From Asterionella formosa (Eukaryota), in assembly GCA_002256025.1 (NCBI GenBank), contig NKIB01000141.1, positions 1-34,942 of the forward strand: 34,942 bases of DNA. Reading direction: 5' to 3'. Below, one piece after another: positions 9,613 to 20,900 of this stretch. A model generated the notes under the pieces. That model had not been told where the DNA came from and did not search any database. It saw nothing but the letters and a program-made list of their open reading frames with translations. The position numbers and the translations under genes were made by a program. Each line of letters begins with the position of its first letter. Positions within the stretch are counted from its first letter, which is position 1.

Positions 9613-10893
9613 TCAGTTCGGCCATTGTTGTAATCCTTCTCCGATTGTCCTAATAACAAACTTGCCAAGATGATCGATAGGTGCCAGGGTCACAAACATG
9701 CACTCCCCATTTGGCTTATCAAAATCTACGGGGACGCACTTTCCACGTAGATTAAAATGTTCATTTAGAATGCGGCGCAATATATCTCGTCGTCGTCCCA
9801 GTTTCTTTGGCTGTAACATGATTTTAACATCTTGAAGCGTGGGTAACCTTTGCAGTTGTAAGTCGGCATTGATTCGAAACAGAGCTTCCTTAGGAGACAC
9901 GAAGCGCGGAACAAACGATCTTGTGTTAATTTTAGGGACAATGGAAAAGGAGCCTTGATTTTCTAATCTTTTTTGGTATGCTGCTTTGGCACGTTCTGAC
10001 CGTAATCGTTGTTTATCCTTCATCGCTGCCTCGTCAAGACAAAATAACGCATCTCGAGGTAGCTTTTCGTCTGTTCTTGCTTCAACGTAATAGCTCGTTC
10101 TATTTTTCATCGACTTGCCCCTCCTCCGATTGGATATGACATATATTACAACAGCGTCGTAAATCTCCTCTTCCGTCATGGCAGCCAGTTCCTTACTGTC
10201 AACAATCTCGGATGGCACTGCGAGCAATTTTTCATCAAGCCGTCGATTTTTCTTGAATTCCTCTGTCATTATTGTCTTGCCGGCCCAACGCTTTTCGTAC
10301 CATTTCTTTCGAAACTCCGCGTCTTGCCATTGCGCTGATTTCGCGTTCGAGCGTCGAATGCGTTCTTCAGACGGCCCAGATGGATGTGTTGTAAAGACCC
10401 CGCCACCACTATAAATTGACGTATCACCGTCATCATAATTTTCAAAGACCACTTGATCTGCATGCGGTTGTAGCAGGAAATCCTGCTGTTCTTCCGAGAT
10501 CAAGTCGCCGTAACTAGGCCGGTCACCGTCAGGGGAGTTGTTGTTTGTGTACAACAATTCTGATGGATCCTCCCAAAAGTATCCCACCGAATCTTTCGAA
10601 AAGCTCGGAAACAACGCGGAGGACTGCTGCTGTGCCTGTTTCCGTCGTTCAAACTGCTTCCATCCGAGTTTGTTTCGTCGTTGGAGATAGGCGCGGCAGG
10701 CAAGGAGGGTTTCTGCATCTGATACCTCGGAAAAGTCGACGAGGATGTCTTCGTCATTGTCTCTTTCCTGACTCATTTGTATTCTTGAATTAGGTCTGGA
10801 GGCAGGTTTGGGCAGTGCGAACGACAGCACGCAGGTAGTCACTGCCATGAGCGACAGGAGGGACTTTGGCAGGATCAGCTGTTGTTTCTTCAT
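9613..10893 (-). CDS. Hypothetical protein, 426 aa, predicted bipartite plastid-targeting presequence
   Basis: Long uninterrupted ORF. Signal-peptide-like MKKQQLILPKSLLSLMAVTTCVLS followed by Phe at +1 (FALP) and an S/R/P-rich, acid-free transit-like segment. No domain recognised. Confidence 0.8.
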   Translation of the reverse strand: MKKQQLILPKSLLSLMAVTTCVLSFALPKPASRPNSRIQMSQERDNDEDILVDFSEVSDAETLLACRAYLQRRNKLGWKQFERRKQAQQQSSALFPSFSKDSVGYFWEDPSELLYTNNNSPDGDRPSYGDLISEEQQDFLLQPHADQVVFENYDDGDTSIYSGGGVFTTHPSGPSEERIRRSNAKSAQWQDAEFRKKWYEKRWAGKTIMTEEFKKNRRLDEKLLAVPSEIVDSKELAAMTEEEIYDAVVIYVISNRRRGKSMKNRTSYYVEARTDEKLPRDALFCLDEAAMKDKQRLRSERAKAAYQKRLENQGSFSIVPKINTRSFVPRFVSPKEALFRINADLQLQRLPTLQDVKIMLQPKKLGRRRDILRRILNEHFNLRGKCVPVDFDKPNGECMFVTLAPIDHLGKFVIRTIGEGLQQWPN

Positions 10894-11975
10894 TCTGAAC
10901 TCGGCATGCAGAGAGATATCAATTCAACCTACTGATATACTATGATATGTACTCCTGGAATACTATACTGTTTCTTAATCTGTGGCATCCCAACCTGCAT
11001 ATGTATGGAAATAGGTGCTGACACTTGTTTCCAATCGCCGCCATTGTCACTGTGAACAAAGCAGGAGGTTACCGGTAGCTGATGTCAAGAATATTAGCCC
11101 GAGTCACAAGGATTGTGGACTCGATTGTAATCCAACGAGTCGAATATTGCATTGCCATGTCAATCAGCTAGCTAACGAGATCAAAGATTGAAGATTTCTA
11201 TGGAAATATTAAGTGGAAACTCGAAGAGAGTCTTAGAATGACTTTGCGGGAAACAAAGATGCATGGAAAGGAAACATTTAGTTTATCTTTTAATTTAATT
11301 TGAGTTTAGATTATCAATTGAGGAAGAAACAGTGTGTTAATTGACAGGAAGGTCAATTAGTTCAGCTACCGGTAGCAGCAAGGCTATGAGAAGCAGAGAA
11401 GAGAGGAACTAAGTAGTATTACGGTAGGTAGTACTACGAGCACGTAAGAGTCTACGTGAAGAGAGACCCAGCCCGCGGGAAGGAGTACGGACCTTTTCAA
11501 CAAATGATAATTACCTACCGGTATACCTGTACTGGTATGCTGATGAAACATGTTGGCTGCTGTGTATCATCACAACCAAATACCGGTACGTAGGATATAG
11601 GTGAAACACAGAAAGAGTTAAGATTCCTGATTCTCAACAAGGTTACGGTATCATAAGTCGGTGAAATTTTATTTTCAAAATATACCGGTTGGCCGAAAAA
11701 AATGTTGTTGAATCATTGTTAAGGAAATCGATTGAGATAAATGCATCCTGCTGTATGAATGATTTACATATGGTGGTAAATAGCGAAAAGGATGAAGAAC
11801 ACTTTAAAGAACACTATTATTTATTCCAATTTATTCATGAGAATAACAAATCACCCTCCTACATGTAAACAATACTTTTTGAACCCATTAAAAGTATAGA
11901 GGTACCTGTCTAATGGTCAAATATTCTTCAATATATTAGGAACTCCTACAAAAATACCTCTTTCTTCGACAAAAG

Positions 11976-14900
11976 TTATTTCAGAAATGGAGCCATTTTA
12001 CTGCGAAGTTGGCTCTCATGGGGCACAAACAATGTTTTGCAGCACAGTACAGCAAGGCCAAAGCCAATGTCATTCGTCATGATATTGCCAATTCGTTCGA
12101 GCAAGTCCTCTCGATTACCAGTTGAGTGAGCCGTGTCGGTCAAATGCCAAATCTTCAGCATGTCCAATGTTGGATTGACGCATTCCTGCACTTCCACATG
12201 AACAACATTCGAAAAGGTAACTTCCCAGAGCACTTCGCAAAAATTAACACCCCGATCGCCGCTGACCACAAGAATCCGTTCGATCGAAACCATAAGGATA
12301 AAAGTTCTCGAATGACCAGGTGAAAGTGTCTCAGTAGCATCAGGCGATTCTTTGCCAAGCATAGCATCCACGGTATGGTAAACATATCCTTCTCCAAGAT
12401 GCTGACCTCGACGGACACGAGATAGGAGAGCCTTTCCAGCACTGGCACCTTCAACGTACTCAACCAGAAGGTCTTGCCCGTTGATGTGAGCAAAGAGTCG
12501 TGGGTTACGACGACGGATTGCAAGCTGGTCTCCAGCATTTCGGATTCCAGCATAGCGATGCTTCGACGCCCTAGTGGAGAAGATGGTCATCCAAAAGTGG
12601 AAGAATTTGGATAATCCTAGAGATATCCTTCCCACAGTGATCATGTACGGCCACGATGCACCCAATATGCACTCCGTTGACAGTTTCGACACAAACGATG
12701 GCAGCAATTCTCGGGGTGTTAGCCGCAGGCAATCGAAAGCCCGGGAGTTGTTCCATTCCGCTAAGCTGTCGAGAAATTCTGCATAGAATTGATTCGAAGT
12801 ATAGATAATCGCTTTCACAACGGACACGGGAGCTCGAAATGGAAGGGCTGCAAGCATCCCCAATATTGCCCCTGGTCGCAGATAGCTTTTGTAATAGTTT
12901 TTCAAAGAATCGGCAATGTCATCAGAGTAAGTATGGTCACTAGAAAACGCACCAATTGAAACAGGAACGGACTCAAATGTGAGAACTGAGCGAACTGACG
13001 AAAGCAGAGAACGACTCAAGTTACTGAGATTCTGTGGCAGCGGCAGAGGTCCAGCCCAACTGATTTCTGCCTTCAATGCAGATACATCAGTCTTATTGAT
13101 GTACGCCCTCCGTCGAGCCTTCGAAGTTACTTGAGGGGCTGCTAGCTTCCTTTCAGGTGCGTCCGTGACGCGATAGTGCACTGACGAACCTAGTCGAACC
13201 TTTCCTGTACATTTGGCGGCCCAAGCTCGCGACTCAACGAAGTTTTCAGAGAGAACAGATGCATAAGGCTTTAACTCCTTAACTTCTTTTTGAGGCTCGC
13301 GAAGAGCAAGCAAACTCCTAATTTCCTCCTCCAGTGATGGAATCGGATGAGCCTCGTTGAGCTCAACTTTGAGAATTGTTTGAGTAGCAGTACGGTAAGC
13401 GTTTTCAAGCAATGCAACCAAGTATCCATCCACTTGAAGACTTATTGGTTCGACTGCTATCTCAAGCTTATCGATCATGGCAAGTCCACCTTGATCCTTT
13501 AGAGCCCGTCGAGTAGATACCAAAACAGCATGATGCAAGCGCCGTCCAGTTCGCTTATCGATGTGTAACAAGACAGGATAGGGAGTTACCCACAACTGGT
13601 TGTCGATTGAAACTCGTCCCACAGAGAACGAGATTGACTCGTGAGTGAAACTAATGGATCGATCAAACCTGATGTCATCAAATCGAATGTACACCAACTC
13701 CTGTGGTGTCCAGTCAACGATGCTGATGCCAATACCATGATTCATTTGCACGTTAATCCAACATGGTAATGAGGTGGCCTTGTCTAGATGTAGTACAGCG
13801 CCAAGCTCTAGTTCAGGAGCGTTCACGGCGTCATCTCCTTCCATCAATGGTAGGCTAGTATTGATTATGTGGAGAACTTTCGTTGGACCGTCAGCAACAA
13901 CTGTTCCTGCCACTTCTGGCAAGTGAGAAAATCGAGAGAAATGTATGTTGGTGCCCGGCGCAATGCTGTCTAATTCCAAGCGCCCGAGAACCCTGCTGTA
14001 CCCTTGAGCTTCTTCAGCGGAAAACTGGAGGTCCACAACTTCAAGAGTGAACAAGAGTGAAGACTCAGCAGTTTCACATCTTGACGAGTCGGCATCAGGT
14101 TCGTCCCATGCAAAGTCTACACTCTGGAAGGCAAGAAGCGTACTCTCATGCGACGAAATACCTATATCAGCACTATAGCCTTGGAAGTAGCGAAGTGCAT
14201 GCATGGTATGATTTTCGATGCGGAATGGAGGATGGCTTGCAGCACGGAAGATCACTCGATCACCAACAGACTTCCTGCCGATGAAGAAATCTACGGTGAC
14301 TAGAACGACTTGGCCCCTTAGCTTGTGGACTAGTCGAAGCGTCACATCCTTTCTGTCTTCTCGAAGTTCTAGGGCACCAGACCACTTCCAACCGAATTCT
14401 GTGGGCCTGAATCTTATCTTTCCTTCCTTGTTACAGTGGAATGGTGTCGGTTGCCCATCTCCAGGCACCAGCGTCGGCCATTCTTTTCCACGACACATCA
14501 CTATCTCAATATCCCTCGCCAATTCATTGACAATCTCAATCTTACTGAAGATATGAATGATTTTTGTACCGTTTTTTTCGCCGAAACGGGTTGGTGCTGA
14601 AATCGTTTGACTCCGTAGAGTCAATGTTGTCAAGTTAATGTCTGAATATGCGCTTCCCAATTCAATACTTTTTGACCATGGAATTTCATCACCGTTATCG
14701 TCGTCAAGATTATGCGTAGGTTTTCTTCGAATCTTCAATTTCGGTTTTCCTCTGTCACCAATCATCAGCACCACGAACGACGATGCAGGAGTCGAGTTTG
14801 TCACATCGCCCTTTCCAATAAGCTCTGCAAGTCCTAGAGACGCCGGAACGAAAGCTCTTGTCGTGCCGGTACCACCTTTTGAATCCAATGGTCCTCGTTG

Positions 14901-17900
14901 TCCAGCAACGAAATGAGTTGACATCAAACTTGTATTTATGGCATACTCCAACTCCAATCCGCTGCTATCAACAATCCAATATGGAACAGAGATGCTTACT
15001 TCTCTGGGCGATCGGGTCAACTTGGACACAAAACTAGTGAAGTCACGAGCAGTCGACGCATTTACGTCAAAATTATTTGAGACTTTGACTGTAGTGGTTA
15101 AAGATAACGTTGTCTTGAAAGAATCAGCGATCCGTAATCTTGTTGTAGCTATTGAAGATCCTGACACAAGTATTTCGGATGTTGCAATAATCGTAGCTAT
15201 TGAGCTGACGCAAGGAAATTGACGGCACTCCTCTCCATCATTCTCTACGATCTGCACTTTTAATTCAATTTGCGCATCAGAGGGAGCACCTGACCATGAA
15301 ATGCTCCCGCCACTTTGAACAATCCCCACATTGAACCACCCATATTTGTCATCATTAACATCATCCTTTTCGTACAAAATCTTTTCTCTTTTTGCGAAAG
15401 CCGCAAGCAAGTTGGTCGACCTGGTTCGTGGTATCGACTGGTCCACACGTTTTGGCCTTATCCACATAACGACCGTGGTGGGTAGCTGGTTGTGAATCAC
15501 CACAGCGGGTCGGAAGAGGATCATTCTTTGCTGTGGGTCTGTGTCAAGCTTAATGGTGTTGGCTTTCGCATCTGAGGAGAAGTCAGAGTTCAAGTCGACA
15601 GAGCCGATTCGAAGACCGCACACATTGAGACAAGCATGAATACAGTCGTTCGACAGGCCCGCTAAACATACTTCTTCTTCTGTGATTTTGCCCTTCGACA
15701 ACGACTTTTCCGAAAATGCTGGAGGTGTCGTGACTAAAGACGGAATAGCGTCGTCCAAGGCAGATGAAACCTTCAGGGCTGCTGCGCGAGTATCTAAAAG
15801 TGGAAGTATGTCTGCTGGAATTGGAATTACCGACGTAGTGCGCTCTCGTCCTATTTGTTGGCTTGCAGGAACAGGCCCTGAAGACCATAGAAGCGACGAT
15901 CCATTTATTTCGAAAGTCAGGCCTACCTCCGATGTATTTTTAACCAGTAAAGGCGATTCCAAAGAGACAACTTTGTTGTCTCCTTTCAGCGAAACCCGAG
16001 CAATAATGTATAATTTGCTGCAGTATGCAGACGCCATTTCTGAGAATATGACGCTTGCATTTGGGAGAAGTGGGACCTTCTTCACTCCCACTGTGTCCAC
16101 AGCTATTGTGGTCCGGTAACAGTAGGTGTTTGGATTTGTGCTACCCATGTCATCGTGGATTATTCCAGTGACTCGGCCGTGAGTTTCGTCGTACTTTCCA
16201 AGTTCTATGCGTATAGTCGCCCGGTGTGGATCACAAGACTGAGAAAGTGTCCTCTTTAAGGATAGCGGAATCTCACGGCCACTTGCAAGGATTGTTTTGG
16301 TCGCGCGTTCTCCTATTCGTTGGCGGTCCAAGGCCAGCATTTCTTGGAAACGAATGGTCTATGCAAAAAAAATGTCAGCTTTGAGGGTATCTATCCTTTC
16401 TGAACATGATTCTTGGCAACTTACCAATCCAGTTTCATTTCGTATCCAGTGGGGAACTGTTGACCTCACCCTTTCAGTTCCAGTAAGCCCAAGATATGTA
16501 GAAAGGTTCTCGATCAATGCACCCGTTACGTTTATGTTAAGGGGTTTAGTATCAGACATGCTGCAAAGAATTTGAGATGTGTTGTCTGTTTCCGGTGGTG
16601 AGGGTAGCCCAAACAACTCCAGCCACTCCCTTGGATTATCACTAGGTGGCAGCATTCGTTTCGGCGACTCATGACCTACTGGAAAAGAAACGTAGAGGGC
16701 TTTTTCGATAATGTCCCACCCTAAGGAAGTAAGAAGAATATATGGCATGTCTAACATATGATTCCCAGTTGAGCTTGCACTTCTGTTGTTGGGACTCTGG
16801 TTTTTTGGGTCAGGAGAAAATTTAGAAACCCATCGTAACCCAATGTCCCGAAGGCGTTCGGTTGATGTCAAAGGTTTTTTCTCAATCCGCCATATAGACC
16901 GGGCAATGGGCTGACCAAAAAGGCGGTTGAGATCGGCGCCGAATTGAACATGAACGGTCCATGGCTCTACTACTGGTTCCCACGCAACCAGTCGTCTATT
17001 ATGGTAGTGAGCAGAGAGCTCGCCAGATGTGCAACCAGAAGCAGTAAAGGAACCGGGAGCCAAGTCTTCTGATCCTCTGATAATGCCAAACGTGGACGAT
17101 CCATTCGTTATCTCATCAACTTGTCTCGGTACAAAGAGGAGCGCGAGACTAAGGCGAAGATTTGAGAGTGCCGCTTTAATGATTGGTGATTCTGTCAAAC
17201 GCGTTGCTCCTCCTGGAACACAGGTAACTTGAAAGCCTTCCAGTTTAGTCGAAAAGACAGTGGTTGCTTTGCGCAATAGGTCTGCAAAAGCCGACTCTTT
17301 TCGCTCACTTGATACACTCACTCCATCGTGTTTGCTCGTCTTTAATAATGCTTGAATTGGTTGTATAGTTTCTCGGTAGGCGTCGTTCAAACCCCCAGCA
17401 CTTTGTCGTATGTACACCAAAACATCTACGAATCCGGCGTCAAAATGAACTGCTTGAGCTATGCTCGTCAGCGATCGATGTGATTGCGCACTGGTGGCAT
17501 CGGTCCTTTGTGATCCAAACCCTGTTCCTGAAAGTCTGTACCTGGTTCGAAAATTAATCTGATTCGTTATGCGTTGTTCGCCATAAATCGGTGGCTGGAC
17601 AATTAATTTGTGAGGCGTACCTCGTTCGGTATTTTTGAATGCTTCTTGAGCTTGTTGAATTGTTGTCCTCAACGCCTGGAAGCCTGTTACTGCTAAATTC
17701 ACCCGAATGGTAAATGCCTGCCACTCACATGAACTATAAAGGGCATTCGCGGAACCTAAAACTAAGGATGGAATGGTGAATCGGTTTAGGCAGCGCTCGC
17801 CAAAATCGCCAAGAGTTTTGAAGTCATTCGTTGCCTTAGTAAGCAAGTCATCAATGTCTACCAGTGAGCTGGCAGGAATAGCAGGGCGCACTTCAGGCAA

Positions 17901-20900
17901 CGCTTGTTTAAGGAGCAGAAAACCCTTCGTAGATGATGCCCACCTAAATGAAACAACGTTGATGGGGTTTTTTGACTTGTCTCTCAAATACGCAAGGATC
18001 GACCGAGAACTGAGGACCAATTCAAAATTTCGAATCTCCAACGAAAACACGATGAAAATATCTTGAGACAAAAAGGAGGCGCCAGCCCGACTTTTGCTTG
18101 TGTCCGAAATCGAGTTGAAACCAAGAAATTCATCGAGCTCTGTTTTGAACTGTAATAATGACTTGATAAACGATGGAATTGGAATAATCTGTACATCGCC
18201 CCACCTTACATTCACTTGAAGCATTGCCGGACCAGAAACTGGATTAGATACACCGATGCTAATACGAAGGAAGTCAATTTCGCCTTCGTCTCCCAGGGGT
18301 GAGCTCCCCACAATGCGTACTCCAGGCAATGATGAAAGATCACAAACTGTGGTTTGACTGACGTCGAAGTGGGCTATTGCTTCGTCGTCTCGCACATTGG
18401 CCAAAAAAGAACATTTCTTCAATTGAATGGACGAAATGCGGTCGGCAAGCGAGATATTGCTGTTGTTTTGGCTCTGCTTCATAAGTCTCGCCTCAACCAA
18501 ATCAAAGACTATTCTCCCCTCAAATTCAGAAATCATAGGCTTGGTCCTACGGGGGTTTCGACTGCTGCCTGTTCCTCTGTTATTATTCAGCCCTTCATAA
18601 CTCAAAATAAGCAAGCTGCAGATTTGTGAAGATATATTCATCCGTAGAGGCATGAAACAAATTACGCCTTGTGCACGAGCCTCATCATTGACTATAGCTG
18701 AATTGAGTAGGGTGCTGCATTTTTCCTGTACCCACGAAGAATCGTCGGGGAACATCAGCTGATAAGGAGCAATAGCATCTCCGCGCAAGATGTTTGGAAC
18801 ATACAAGGATGCATATAACGTAGTCTTTTCTATGATGGGCCAGTCATCGGCAGTCCTTGTCACACTTACATCAGTTGTGAAATGTATGTCCACTCCTTTG
18901 GAGTAAGTTGAATCTCGCTGTGCACAAGCTTGGACCGACAAACTTAGAAGTACATTGCCGTCGATAGAACCTGGAAAAACAAGTTGATTGTATGACTTCC
19001 CAGGTACAACAATGGCGACACTTGCAGCAGAAAAGTCTGACCTCCATCGCAAGCTCGGTGATACAAATGGAGGTGTTGCTCCTGTGTATTCTTTTGCGTT
19101 TCTTGCCAGATTAGACCTCATTGGGGTAGCACCTTCATGCATGCAACTATGATCAACCAAGGTGTCCTTCATTGCTGCGAATGCAGCGAGGGATGCAACA
19201 ACCTGGAGTGCGTTGCAACGAATACCAACGTGACAGTTTATGCAGCTTTTCGAAACAGGCATCATATCCTCTTCCCTTCCTCCTACGACCCATCCACTCA
19301 CTACCTCTGATGAAACAGTCTGCATTCTAATTCTTGTGAAGAGAAGGTGTCCAAAGGGATCACGGCGACCAAGAATCTCGACCGCGTTGGACGAATCGGT
19401 CTACTCCGAGACAACGAAGGTCAGTGACAGAGCTACGCATGGATGCGGAAGCCAAGAAATCAAACTTACCGACTTCACCTCAAGTACCTGCATATTTGTG
19501 CATCGCAAATCAACCTGGCATTTGGAACTGAGAGAAACATGCTTCATAGACCGTGCAACGCGCACTCCAACTTCCGATGCAGAAAAAGCACCAATTGTAT
19601 GACCACCTTGCACAAATCTACATCGCACAGAAGAAAATCGCATGATGAAGTCCATTCCGTGAGTCTGCATTCCTACAGGGTGTTTTCCCAACAATTTCAA
19701 GCAAAATCCTTGCAGTTCAGAATCCAGATCGATTCCAGTATTTTCTTCTCTTGGGCCAGAAACGATTGATTTTAAGATAAGAAGAGCAGAGGTAACCTCT
19801 GCTCTTGGGACAATTTCAACACCCCCGATGAGCAGTCTCACCTTGCTGATCTTGCCGCCGGAATTCTTCCCTTTTGCATGAAGCGCAAATCGCATAAACT
19901 TTTCATCGCTAGTTGACGACGATATTAGCTGCGGAAACTCAGCAGGCAGCATTGTGTGTGCCAGTGTGTAATCGTCTCCCCCAGTGAACACAACGTTTCT
20001 CTCTGCAAAGGAATCTATCCAAGACCGGACTTGAATACCGTCAATACTGGCAAAAACTTTGGTATCATTTGATTGGTGAGTTGTAGCAATTGAAAGTTTT
20101 GACATTGTGGTGTCAAGCGTAACACTTTGGTCCAGAATACTGGATAACCGAGATAATTGAAAGCTGAATCTTTTAACTTGAAATGATCCACGGAATATCT
20201 CTCTGTTCAGCATGTTTGTAAGGCTATGCACCAATCCATCACTCTCCATTATAGACACACGTTTTCGTCGTGATCGCAGCACTAAATTGGCCCTTTCAAT
20301 GACTCTATCCTTTCGTTGTTGCCGAAAGGGCACTGAAGGCGCCATTGTTGTGCTGTCCTGTCTTGATACCGAATCACTGTAATCCGGCAATGAGTTTAGT
20401 AGATCTAGCCTTGTGGCATGCAAAGCCTTAAGCTCCGCCTCGGCCCTGCTCATGTCGAGTTTGATGGACTTCCGCAGAAGGCGCCTTTTTGATGACTCTG
20501 TCGACGTTGAAACGTAGTCCAGTTCAGCATCCGGACTTATGTTGCATTCAACAAGCTTTCTATTTAATTTCCATATCTGGTCAGTCACACGGTCGATATC
20601 GTGCTTGATGGCATCCAGAAGTTCTTGGTGATCCTGCAATGAAACGACCGCAGAATGATATGACCCCTCGCTTTCTGTGTCGGAATGATCTTCTCGGCCA
20701 TTCTCGTCAAGCTTTGCCAAGTTTTCGGCACTGAGGTAAGCGCCGTCATTTCTTTGCATTTTCCGCTGAGGCTGAACAACACTTAATTCAGAAATCGATG
20801 AAGTATCCGACATTGATCGCGGGCGTCGTAGTCGTCGAGCGCTCAGTGGTATGGATTGTGATTCACTGGCTACAGTACTTTCAGTGTCAACAACAAAGTT

